Notes under the pieces: generated by a model
The model's database searches: none
Seen by the model: only the letters and a program-made list of their open reading frames with translations
Told to the model about the DNA's origin: nothing
Translations under genes and position numbers: made by a program
In this document: positions 8,441 through 16,238 of the stretch, piece after piece
Position numbering within the stretch: the first letter of the stretch is position 1
Layout of the letters: each line of letters begins with the position of its first letter
IMG/VR virus record: IMGVR_UViG_3300033696_000004
Location: 36,031-100,030 of that record
DNA from: a virus
Taxonomy: Duplodnaviria > Heunggongvirae > Uroviricota > Caudoviricetes
Direction: 5' to 3' (one strand)
Length of the DNA: 64,000 bases

Positions 8441-8469
8441 GTTTACTTTGGTTGAAATTGTGTTATTAT
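8441..8469 (+). promoter_or_regulatory. T4-type early promoter (GTTTAC -35, 17 bp spacer, TATTAT -10)
   Basis: gtttac at 8441-8446 and tattat at 8464-8469. Directs transcription into tRNA-Cys. Confidence 0.5.
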
Positions 8470-8481
8470 GAATACATAGAA

Positions 8482-8556
8482 GCACTGTTGCCAGAATAGT
8501 TATGGGGCGAATTGCAAATTCGTTGGAAGTAGGTGCAAGTCCTACACAGTGCTCCA
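8482..8556 (+). tRNA. tRNA-Cys (GCA), tentative
   Basis: Acceptor gcactgt/acagtgc, 3-bp D stem, anticodon stem gcgaa/ttcgt with loop ttGCAaa, T arm gtagg-tgcaagt-cctac (atypical G at position 55), CCA encoded. Confidence 0.5.
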
Positions 8557-8732
8557 TTTTAACGAGACTAAATAATAATGACAGTTGAAGAATTACTTAA
8601 AGAAATTGGTAATAAAGTGTTTACTCCTTCTGAAATTGATGTTATAATCAAACTTATAGAAGAACAAGAGCCTAAGCAATGCTCTGAAACAGAATTGCTA
8701 AATAGAACATACAGTCTTTAGTGTTTAAAGGT

Positions 8733-8804
8733 GTGGGCTTCCTCTAGCTGGTTAAGAGCACCGATTGTGATTCGGTCAACACGGATTCGAATTCCGTAGT
8801 CCAC
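8733..8804 (+). tRNA. tRNA-His (GUG)
   Basis: Acceptor gtgggct/agtccac, D arm ctct..agag, anticodon stem accga/tcggt with loop ttGTGat, T arm acgga-ttcgaat-tccgt. No encoded CCA. Confidence 0.6.
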
Positions 8805-8995
8805 CCCTTTACATATTAAGGAAACAGAGTATGTTAGTGTAAACTATTTTAATTTAACAAAATCTAACATTGGATTTAAGATAAAAGAAATCCAAGAATT
8901 GATTAACAAAACAAACAATCTTGTAGTCAAGAAACGTCTTATCGTTGAACTGACTTCGCTATTAGCCATACAGGATTTGTTTAAGAAAGAATAAT

Positions 8996-9071
8996 GGGTC
9001 GGTAACTCAGTTGGTAGAGTGTCGGATTGAAAATCCGATGGTCACTGGTTCAAATCCAGTCCGTCCCACCA
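8996..9071 (+). tRNA. tRNA-Phe (GAA)
   Basis: Acceptor gggtcgg/ccgtccc (one T-T mismatch), D arm actc..gagt, anticodon stem tcgga/tccga with loop ttGAAaa, T arm actgg-ttcaaat-ccagt, CCA encoded. Confidence 0.65.
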
Positions 9072-9214
9072 TAATTTTGTACAGACATGAGACTCAAAAC
9101 ATAGGCTGCTTGTTACAGGCTTAAAGAATGATATCTAACGCCTATTGAGAGAACAGCCGTTGTGGGAACACGTTTTGCTCATGGAAACCCTCTACAACAA
9201 ATTACAGGAATCTT

Positions 9215-9475
9215 ATGAAGATTTATAAGCCTCAAAATGTTGAAATTAACAAAAATGGTATTAGCTTCTTAGGAGCATTGACGTTATTGTTCATTGCTTT
9301 GAAGCTGACTGGTCATATTGCGTGGTCGTGGTGGTGGGTATTATCCCCATTATGGATACCATTCGCTATTGTTTTATGTGGTTTTATTTTAGTTTTATGC
9401 GGTATAGCTGCCAAAGTAGTATATACTGAACATTTAAGAAAGAAAGCTAATAAAATAAAAAATAATTTAAAATAA
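9215..9475 (+). CDS. small membrane protein
   Basis: 86 aa. Two hydrophobic helices (LGALTLLFIALKL, WWWVLSPLWIPFAIVLCGFILVLCGIAA) and a basic C-terminus. Confidence 0.5.
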   Translation: MKIYKPQNVEINKNGISFLGALTLLFIALKLTGHIAWSWWWVLSPLWIPFAIVLCGFILVLCGIAAKVVYTEHLRKKANKIKNNLK

Positions 9476-9477
9476 TT

Positions 9478-9506
9478 GTTTACTTTACTAGTAAATGTGT
9501 TATTAT
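9478..9506 (+). promoter_or_regulatory. T4-type early promoter
   Basis: gtttac 9478-9483, 17 bp, tattat 9501-9506. The -10 runs into tataaata, so it may also act as a late promoter. Confidence 0.45.
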
Positions 9507-9844
9507 AAATACATAAGTTGATTGGACGTTAATAGATGTTCTAGCCTAAGCTCTTAGGTCACGTTGATAACGGAGTCGTTCATTCAATTTAGTAAAACTT
9601 AGCTTTGTGTTGATATGTCGTATAGGCAAATGCACAATGTTAATGGGAAATGTTTCAGCAAACCATTAAAAAAAATCAAACTTAAATACTATAATTAAAG
9701 GTTGGAACGGATTGGGCTTAGGCAGAATCTTAGTACGCACAAGTAAATGTGTTAAAATAATCTAAAGTCACTGACTATGACCTCTTAACCTTTACATTTC
9801 CGTCTAAGTCAAAACATAATCAAGAGGGTTAAAATCCTCTTTCT

Positions 9845-9919
9845 AGGGATATGGTGTAATTGGTAACACAACAGACTTTGATTCTGTCGTTTTAGGTTCG
9901 AGACCTGATATCCCTACCA
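9845..9919 (+). tRNA. tRNA-Gln (UUG)
   Basis: Acceptor agggata/tatccct, D arm gtgt..acac, anticodon stem acaga/tctgt with loop ctTTGat, T arm ttagg-ttcgaga-cctga, CCA encoded. Confidence 0.65.
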
Positions 9920-10048
9920 ATTCTATAAGGTATTTCATGTTAGTTGAAACATACGTTAGTAAATGTGGTAACTACATAATCGAAGTGGAAACTGGACAAC
10001 CTATCCCTGATGGTTACATCAAAGGGAAAGACGAATAAATTGTATTGG

Positions 10049-10123
10049 AGTGGATTAGCTCAGGGGTAGAGCACAGTGCTGATAACGCTGGTGTCACTGG
10101 TTCAAATCCAGTATTCACTACCA
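10049..10123 (+). tRNA. tRNA-Ile (GAU)
   Basis: Acceptor agtggat/attcact, D arm gctc..gagc, anticodon stem cagtg/cgctg with loop ctGATaa, T arm actgg-ttcaaat-ccagt, CCA encoded. Confidence 0.65.
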
Positions 10124-10887
10124 ATACCATTTGTTTAGATGCATTTGTTATTATTCTCTATGTAAGACGTTAGTTTGACAAACTAACAACCTTCCGCATA
10201 AGTTGGTTTTAGAGAATGTTGTTTATTTCACGCAATGAGGATGATATTGCATCAAGGTGATTAACGTTGTAAATATCCTAGGGCGGTGTCTTTATCATCA
10301 AGGACATATTGAGGACATTTGTTGTTTGAATGACACTGGAACCGAAAGTGCTAACAGTGGTCTGCTACTCATTTGAAATTAAACTAAAACTCTGACTTGC
10401 CCCAGAAATGGTTGAGTCTCTTTCCATCTAAAAAATGGTTGTTGTCCGTGACACATAAAAGAGTTTAATTACAGGATCTTTTACCTTACTACAAGGGTTT
10501 ATGCATAAAGGCGCAGATGCATTAAATAATCCAATACAATGCTTCGGTAATGTTGGTATTCTAAGTCTGTAGAATTGACTTAGACGGGTATGTGGTCGGA
10601 GACAGACGATATGTAATTCCGATACTTGACTAGCAGGGTAAAACTAGAGGTCTCAATCCTAGACCAAATTAGAAAGCCGAATGGATAACTAATTCAAAAT
10701 CATTATGAGATAAGTCTCGTTGTGTAATGTTTCGTGGTGGTGAGTATTCCTCTTCGTAGAATGAATAAATACTTAGTAGGTGAGAGGGTTCTTACTATAA
10801 AATGATACCCGAAAAGTGCTGGCATTATCGTTCCCTATGCACTCTAAATTATCAAATGGAACCACGCTATCCGAAGGGATAGCATCT

Positions 10888-10962
10888 GCTTCTTTCATAT
10901 AATGGCTATTATGCCTCACTTGTAATGAGGTTATGGGAGTTCGAATCTCTCAAGGAGCACCA
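10888..10962 (+). tRNA. tRNA-Thr (UGU)
   Basis: Acceptor gcttctt/aaggagc, anticodon stem cctca/tgagg with loop ctTGTaa, T arm gggag-ttcgaat-ctctc, CCA encoded. Confidence 0.6.
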
Positions 10963-10968
10963 AATTCT

Positions 10969-11058
10969 GGAAGCGTGGTAGAGCACGGTTTATTGCAACT
11001 GACTTGAAATCAGTCGATCCGAAAGGATCCGTAGGTTCGAATCCTACCGCTTCCGCCA
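10969..11058 (+). tRNA. tRNA-Ser (UGA), type II
   Basis: Acceptor ggaagcg/cgcttcc, 3-bp D stem, anticodon stem actga/tcagt with loop ctTGAaa, long variable arm cgatccgaaaggatcc, T arm gtagg-ttcgaat-cctac, CCA encoded. Architecture is close to T4 tRNA-Ser. Confidence 0.7.
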
Positions 11059-11065
11059 AATTCAT

Positions 11066-11139
11066 GCGTCACTGGTATAAGGGTTGTGCCTTAGCCTTCC
11101 AAGCTAATGATAGGAGTTCGAATCTCCTGTGACGCTCCA
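11066..11139 (+). tRNA. tRNA-Gly (UCC)
   Basis: Acceptor gcgtcac/gtgacgc, anticodon stem ttagc/gctaa with loop ctTCCaa, T arm aggag-ttcgaat-ctcct, CCA encoded. D arm is non-canonical. Confidence 0.6.
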
Positions 11140-11161
11140 ATTCACTTAACGGACAAACACT

Positions 11162-11389
11162 ATGACTATTACTATCGTAGATGTCATGGTTGCACATCAC
11201 CTTGGTGGTGCTAAAGAACTAGCACATTTCAACAACCAAGAAGATGCATATCGTTTAGTTTCTCGCTTAGACGAAGAAGCATTTGCATTTGCTGATGTAA
11301 TTTATCATGTGAAAACTGATGACACTAGCGACCATTTACAAACAAGATTCACACTATTAGAGAATCTACAACATGAATTACAACCTTAA
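11162..11389 (+). CDS. hypothetical protein
   Basis: 75 aa ORF directly after the tRNA block. Confidence 0.4.
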   Translation: MTITIVDVMVAHHLGGAKELAHFNNQEDAYRLVSRLDEEAFAFADVIYHVKTDDTSDHLQTRFTLLENLQHELQP

Positions 11390-11645
11390 TCACATTATTA
11401 TCTACTACAAAGATGAAGACCCGTACTACGAAGACGAGTTAACATTCCGTGGAAAATCTCCAGATGATGCACTAGGTTTTATAAAAACGATAGACGAAAG
11501 TCAATTCATAGGTTTAGTCATTGAATTGGAAGAAAATCGTGTCATTCATTCAGGTTCTATTGATCCATTGGATTACGAAATCGATGAAGTAGATGATTAT
11601 AAAAAAGCTATTGATGTATTGGATAAATTATCCGATGAATACTAA
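11373..11645 (+). CDS. hypothetical protein
   Basis: 90 aa acidic ORF overlapping its upstream neighbour. Confidence 0.4.
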   Translation: MNYNLNHIIIYYKDEDPYYEDELTFRGKSPDDALGFIKTIDESQFIGLVIELEENRVIHSGSIDPLDYEIDEVDDYKKAIDVLDKLSDEY

Positions 11646-12054
11646 ACAAATTGGAATAATAACAGAGACAAAGTTTGTATTCGAGTGTTCGAAGTTAGGT
11701 CTGACTGTAAGTCAACCTATTGGTGACAATGCACCATACGACTTCATTGTTGATTTCAATGGAATCCTGAAACGTATACAATGTAAAAATTTACGAAAAT
11801 CTGGATTGAAATACATAGCAGAAACAAATAAAAAAACTGGACATAAGCGTGATACGAAAGTATTATACAAAGGTCTATGTGATTATTTCTTCTTATATAA
11901 CATAGAAGATGATAAGTTTGCATTCATAGATGTTGACAAATGTTCAGTTTCGGTTACACTATGGTCTAGTAAAGATAAATCCGAATCTGATTCGAGAATC
12001 CGATTTATAGAAGATTATAATGAAATAAAGAATAATTGCGAGTTGGAGAAGTAG
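11593..12054 (+). CDS. possible PD-(D/E)xK-fold nuclease-like protein
   Basis: 153 aa (start uncertain, 11593 or 11635). Spacing of D...E.K-like residues: PYDFIVDFNG...KRIQCK. The last 18 nt overlap tRNA-Met. Confidence 0.35.
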   Translation: MIIKKLLMYWINYPMNTKQIGIITETKFVFECSKLGLTVSQPIGDNAPYDFIVDFNGILKRIQCKNLRKSGLKYIAETNKKTGHKRDTKVLYKGLCDYFFLYNIEDDKFAFIDVDKCSVSVTLWSSKDKSESDSRIRFIEDYNEIKNNCELEK

Positions 12055-12112
12055 CTATCTCGTTGGGTTCATATCCCAAAGGTCACTGGTGCAATTCCAG
12101 TACTCGCTACCA
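12037..12112 (+). tRNA. tRNA-Met (CAU) with initiator-like features
   Basis: Acceptor tgcgagt/actcgct with a 1:72 T-T mismatch, D arm gaga..tctc, anticodon stem ttggg/cccaa (three consecutive G-C pairs) with loop ttCATat, T arm actgg-tgcaatt-ccagt, CCA encoded. Confidence 0.6.
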
Positions 12113-12118
12113 AATTAT

Positions 12119-12191
12119 AGGGGGTTAGTTCAGTTGGTAGAACGTTGGATTCCAAATCCAAATGCCGAGGGTTCAAGTCCTTCATCCCCTG
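12119..12191 (+). tRNA. tRNA-Trp (CCA)
   Basis: Acceptor agggggt/atcccct, D arm gttc..gaac, anticodon stem ttgga/tccaa with loop ttCCAaa, T arm gaggg-ttcaagt-ccttc. No encoded CCA. Confidence 0.65.
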
Positions 12192-12197
12192 CATTCC

Positions 12198-12227
12198 AAA
12201 AGGAAGTCTTCGGACTTCCTTTTTTCG
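12198..12227 (+). terminator. rho-independent terminator
   Basis: ggaagtcttcggacttcc hairpin plus T run, ending the tRNA transcription unit. Confidence 0.6.
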
Positions 12228-12245
12228 TATCTAAGGATTATAAAA

Positions 12246-12785
12246 ATGAGTTTTAAACATACAGAAGCATCAATGCAGAAATTGATATACTCTAACCAAC
12301 ATAGATTTTGTACGTCGTATGAAGTAATGGTTCCTAACTGTTATAATACACATGATAATGAATGCGATTTGTACGCTATTAGAAAGAGTGGGTTATGCGA
12401 CGAGATTGAAATCAAGATTTCACGTTCTGATTTCTTATGTGATTCGAAGAAGCATGTTGCTTATAGAAGATCGAGTGGATCTGAATACCGTGAGTATAAC
12501 ATGTTAACAGAGTCTGTCAAGAAAAAGACTATTCCACCTTGGTCTAAAACTAAACATGACTGTTTATGTGATGGTATTCTAAGTAACTACTATTGGTACG
12601 TTGTTAAGGAAGGTATCGCAGAAGCTCACGAAGCACCACCATGGGCTGGTTTCGTTACCGTTGATGACAATGGTCGGATGAAGGTTATACGCTCTCCTAA
12701 GCGATTACATAGAGGAAAACTGACAACAGAAGAGATGTATAAAACTGCTCGTAAAATGTACTTTAGATACTGGAATTTGGTATAA
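12246..12785 (+). CDS. PD-(D/E)xK nuclease-like protein
   Basis: ~179 aa from the ATG at 12246 (RBS aagga). The listed 12162 start would run through tRNA-Trp and the terminator. Motif ECDLYAI...DEIEIKISRSDF has D...E.K spacing. Confidence 0.4.
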   Translation: MSFKHTEASMQKLIYSNQHRFCTSYEVMVPNCYNTHDNECDLYAIRKSGLCDEIEIKISRSDFLCDSKKHVAYRRSSGSEYREYNMLTESVKKKTIPPWSKTKHDCLCDGILSNYYWYVVKEGIAEAHEAPPWAGFVTVDDNGRMKVIRSPKRLHRGKLTTEEMYKTARKMYFRYWNLV

Positions 12786-12789
12786 AATT

Positions 12790-12819
12790 GTTTACTCTAC
12801 ACGAGTCTGCTGCTATAAT
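12790..12819 (+). promoter_or_regulatory. T4-type early promoter
   Basis: gtttac 12790-12795 and tataat 12814-12819. Confidence 0.5.
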
Positions 12820-12849
12820 CAACACATAATTAATCAATGAGGAAACGAA

Positions 12850-13455
12850 ATGAAAACATCTATTATTTGTGTACTTGACCGTAGCGGCTCTATGTCACAC
12901 ATCATGAACGAAGCAGTTGGTACATTTAATGGTTTCGTAGACGGTCAACGTGAAGTTGAAGGCGAAGCAGAAGTATCTCTATACGCATTCAACTGGGAAA
13001 TCAATAAAGTTTTTGATAAGGTTCCACTTCCACAAGTTAAACCTCTCGAACTAAGCCAAGTTATTCCCACTGGTGGTACATCATTATATGATGCTATCGG
13101 TCGTGCTATCTTAGAATGCAATAACGAAAATGCTATTGTTCTTATCCAAACAGATGGTGAAGAAAATACATCTAAAGTCTTTAACGACAAGACAATCAAA
13201 GAAATGATTCGTGTTAAAGAAGCAATGGGTTGGGAATTCCACTTCATTGGTGCTGGTGTTGACGCATTCAAAGCTGGTCAAAGCTTCGGTATTGCTGCAT
13301 CAAATTGTCTAAACGTAGCAGCTAGTGCTAAAGGCATGGGTGATATGGGTGCTTACTTCTCAAGTACAACTCAGTTATACCGTTCGTCTAAAGCTCATAA
13401 ACCGACACCGTTTGACGTTGGTGGCAACCAAAACGGTTGGACTGAATCTAAATAA
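12850..13455 (+). CDS. von Willebrand factor A (vWA) domain protein
   Basis: 201 aa. MIDAS motif DRSGSM near the N-terminus, then TGGTSLYDAI and QTDGEEN motifs typical of vWA. Confidence 0.65.
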   Translation: MKTSIICVLDRSGSMSHIMNEAVGTFNGFVDGQREVEGEAEVSLYAFNWEINKVFDKVPLPQVKPLELSQVIPTGGTSLYDAIGRAILECNNENAIVLIQTDGEENTSKVFNDKTIKEMIRVKEAMGWEFHFIGAGVDAFKAGQSFGIAASNCLNVAASAKGMGDMGAYFSSTTQLYRSSKAHKPTPFDVGGNQNGWTESK

Positions 13456-13457
13456 TA

Positions 13458-13486
13458 AAAAGATCCCTTCAGGGGATCTTTTTTCG
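13458..13486 (+). terminator. rho-independent terminator
   Basis: agatcccttcaggggatct hairpin plus T run. Confidence 0.6.
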
Positions 13487-13516
13487 TATCTACAAATCAA
13501 TAAGGAATGAAAATAA

Positions 13517-13888
13517 ATGAAATCATATTTATTCAGAACATCAAAGTTAGAACATTTCATAGCAGTATGTGATGATTCTAAAAATGAAGCAACTGTAATT
13601 ACATCATCGTGTCCGACCATCACGTCGGGAGATGTAATTGACTACAATGAACTTACGCATCATGCACAAATCAGAGAGATTCCTGTTGAATATGGAACAC
13701 GTGTTGAAGGTGGTCAACACCTAAACGTTAATGTGTTAAACAAAGAAACTCTAGAAGATGCAATCATTAATCCAGATAAGTATCCTCAATTAACTATTCG
13801 GGTATCGGGTTATGCTGTTCGTTTTAATTCGTTAACATCAGAACAGAAAAATGATGTAATATCTCGTACGTTTACTAAGTCGATTTAG
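13517..13888 (+). CDS. grcA: autonomous glycyl-radical cofactor (GrcA/YfiD-like)
   Basis: 123 aa. C-terminal half is near-identical in pattern to the E. coli GrcA that I recall: [50 protein letters not shown], including the RVSGY glycine-radical motif. Confidence 0.8.
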   Translation: MKSYLFRTSKLEHFIAVCDDSKNEATVITSSCPTITSGDVIDYNELTHHAQIREIPVEYGTRVEGGQHLNVNVLNKETLEDAIINPDKYPQLTIRVSGYAVRFNSLTSEQKNDVISRTFTKSI

Positions 13889-13903
13889 TTTTGTCCATAA
13901 CTC

Positions 13904-13929
13904 CATTTATTATAGATCTATAATGAACA
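13904..13929 (+). promoter_or_regulatory. 26-bp regulatory element, copy 1 (catttattatagatctataatgaaca)
   Basis: Palindromic TATAGATCTATAAT core containing a -10-like TATAAT. The identical 26-mer recurs at 41783-41808 upstream of gp55. Followed by the perfect inverted repeat ctggttgcaTtgcaaccag (13937-13955). Confidence 0.5.
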
Positions 13930-13995
13930 AAAACTTCTGGTTGCATTGCAACCAGATTTCATAGATAATAGATTCAATCATTAAGAGGAATAACT

Positions 13996-14634
13996 ATGTT
14001 TGTAAAATCTATTACCAGAAATGAATGTGAACCATTTATTCTAGGTATTCATTATGCTAAACGTTGGTGTTCTATTAGTTACGCATTTGGATTATATCAA
14101 CCTATAGAGAATGACTTTATGGGAAGAGATGAATTAATTGGTATCGTAACCTATGGTACTCCACCAAGTTCTACATTAAAATCTGGTATTGCTGGCGATG
14201 AACATAAAGAAAAGGTTCTAGAACTTAACAGGTTATGTTTGAAATACAATCGCAAGAATGAAGCTAGTTTCTTGGTTGGAAATAGCCTTAAACTATTACC
14301 TAAGAATCGAATTGTAGTAAGCTTTGCTGACATAGAGCAAGGTCACAATGGTTGTGTATATCGTGCAACTAACTTTACTTACCATGGTTTATCTGCGAAA
14401 CGTAAAGACTGGAAGGTAAAGGGTCTAGAACACTTACATGGTATTACTATTGCGGATCAGTTTCGTGGCGTAGAGAACCGTGGTAAGGCTATTCGTGAAC
14501 ATTATGGTGATGACTTCTACATGCAAGAACGTCCACGTAAACATCGTTACATCTTTGTTACTGGTGATAAGCGTCAGAAGAAGATTTTAAAATCCGCTAT
14601 CAAATATCCAATAGAAAAATTTATCAAAGAATAG
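13996..14634 (+). CDS. putative Mom-like DNA-modification protein (acyltransferase fold), tentative
   Basis: 212 aa. Motif pattern GIHYAKRW...LIGIVTYGTP...ELNRLCL...VVSFADIEQGHNGCVYRATNFTYHG matches my memory of the phage Mu Mom family signature (HHY..., SYAD..GH.G.IY.A.N). This is recalled from memory, not a database hit. Confidence 0.4.
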   Translation: MFVKSITRNECEPFILGIHYAKRWCSISYAFGLYQPIENDFMGRDELIGIVTYGTPPSSTLKSGIAGDEHKEKVLELNRLCLKYNRKNEASFLVGNSLKLLPKNRIVVSFADIEQGHNGCVYRATNFTYHGLSAKRKDWKVKGLEHLHGITIADQFRGVENRGKAIREHYGDDFYMQERPRKHRYIFVTGDKRQKKILKSAIKYPIEKFIKE

Positions 14635-14662
14635 TTTACTTTGATAAAAACTATGGTATTAT
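14634..14662 (+). promoter_or_regulatory. T4-type early promoter
   Basis: gtttac 14634-14639 and tattat 14657-14662. The downstream 5'UTR caattactaactaaaaaaggaaaaa is shared with the rSAM gene. Confidence 0.5.
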
Positions 14663-14720
14663 CTATTACATGTTGATGACCAAATCAACATTCAATTACT
14701 AACTAAAAAAGGAAAAACTA

Positions 14721-16121
14721 ATGACTTCATTATTCCAAGCTATGAGTACTGGAACTGGTCGCACTCATAACGGTGCAATTACTAACACGACTTCTTTCAG
14801 TAAGTGTCTAGATTTGTTTAACGTTATCGGTTCAAGTCGTGGTAAAGATTTAACTACAATGTTTGCTAACGCATGGAAAGAAAATCCAGATGTTGCTCTA
14901 CGTATCCTGCAATGGTCTCGTGACTGTCGTGGTGGTGCTGGTGAGCGTGAAGTGTTCCGTATCATCATGCGTCGTATGGCTGGTAACGCAAGCACTCGTG
15001 AACAAGCAATTACAATCCTGCGTAAAGTTCCAGCATTGGGTTACTGGAAAGACGTTGTTAAGTTGTACGAAGTTCAAGAATTCCGTCCAGTTATCAACGA
15101 AATGATTGCTGTTTCATTAGCTGCTGACGATGGTCTATGTGCTAAGTATATGCCACGTAAAGGTGTTACTGCTGCTCAACTTCGCAAAGCATTAGGCTTA
15201 GAAGCTCGTGAATATCGTAAACTGATTGTTTCTATGAGTAACACTGTAGAGCAAAAAATGTGTGCGAAGAACTGGAATGAAATTGACTTCAGTAAGATCC
15301 CATCTCTTGCTGCTGCTCGTTACCAGAAAGCATTCATGAAGAACGCAGAAACGAACTATAATGCATACATAGCTGCTCTTGAAAAAGGTGAAGCTAAGAT
15401 CAATGCGTCAACATTGTTTCCATACGATGTACTAAAATCGTGTATTAGTGGTGTATCTGCTGTTGCTGACCAGCAATGGAAAGCACTTCCAAACTACATG
15501 GAAGGTACAGACGAACGTGTACTACCATTGATTGACGTTTCTGGTTCTATGCACTGTTCAAGCGGTATCAATGGTATTGACTGTATGCACGTTGCAATCT
15601 CTCTTGGTATGTACTTATCAGACAAGCAAGAAGGTGAGTTCAAAGACACTTTCATGACGTTCGATAGTCGTCCACAGATGTTGAAAGCAAGCGGTACGTT
15701 GACTAACCGTTACAATCAGATTCGTCGTTCTCCATGGGGCGGTGGTACTGACATTCAAGCGGTATTCGATACGTTGCTGAATAAAGCTACCGAATCTCGT
15801 GTTGCAGCTGATAAGATGCCAACTACAATTGTTATCCTGTCTGACATGGAATTCAACTCATGTTACGTACGTGGTAAAGATGCATCTGCATTCCGTATGA
15901 TTGAAGCTGAATACGCTCGTCATGGTTATGCTCGCCCTAAGCTAGTATTCTGGAATTTGAATGGTCGTCAATCCAACAATCCAGTAATATTAGGTGAAGG
16001 TGGTACTTGTATGGTATCTGGTTTTAGTCCTGCAATCATGACTTCGGTTCTGTCTGCAAAAGATTTCGACCCATACAGCATCATGCTAGAAGCGGTAATG
16101 AAAGACAAATACGCTTTATAA
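14721..16121 (+). CDS. large vWA-domain protein (TROVE/DUF2828-like architecture)
   Basis: 466 aa. C-terminal MIDAS motif DVSGSMHCSS and a later SDMEFN motif indicate a vWA domain. The N-terminal ~250 aa is a helical domain. Confidence 0.55.
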   Translation: MTSLFQAMSTGTGRTHNGAITNTTSFSKCLDLFNVIGSSRGKDLTTMFANAWKENPDVALRILQWSRDCRGGAGEREVFRIIMRRMAGNASTREQAITILRKVPALGYWKDVVKLYEVQEFRPVINEMIAVSLAADDGLCAKYMPRKGVTAAQLRKALGLEAREYRKLIVSMSNTVEQKMCAKNWNEIDFSKIPSLAAARYQKAFMKNAETNYNAYIAALEKGEAKINASTLFPYDVLKSCISGVSAVADQQWKALPNYMEGTDERVLPLIDVSGSMHCSSGINGIDCMHVAISLGMYLSDKQEGEFKDTFMTFDSRPQMLKASGTLTNRYNQIRRSPWGGGTDIQAVFDTLLNKATESRVAADKMPTTIVILSDMEFNSCYVRGKDASAFRMIEAEYARHGYARPKLVFWNLNGRQSNNPVILGEGGTCMVSGFSPAIMTSVLSAKDFDPYSIMLEAVMKDKYAL

Positions 16122-16127
16122 TTTTTA

Positions 16128-16156
16128 AAAAGGCTACCTTCGGGTAGCCTTTTTTG
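16128..16156 (+). terminator. rho-independent terminator
   Basis: aggctaccttcgggtagcct plus T run. The identical hairpin is reused at 17082-17108. Confidence 0.65.
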
Positions 16157-16181
16157 TTACATGAAATAAAATAAAATTATG

Positions 16182-16210
16182 TTGACATTATTAAGTTATA
16201 TAGTTATTAT
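16182..16210 (+). promoter_or_regulatory. sigma70-like early promoter (TTGACA, 17 bp, TATTAT)
   Basis: ttgaca 16182-16187 and tattat 16205-16210. Confidence 0.5.
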
Positions 16211-16238
16211 AGTCACATAAACCAAATGGAGAAACATT

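Noticed and set aside
12162-12245. N-terminal extension of ORF 12162-12785
   Set aside because: The extension runs through tRNA-Trp and a rho-independent terminator. The internal ATG at 12246 with an AAGGA RBS is the credible start.
14765-15105. Minus/plus small ORFs (76 and 80 aa) inside the large vWA gene
   Set aside because: Nested in a 466-aa ORF that has conserved vWA motifs and no independent signals.
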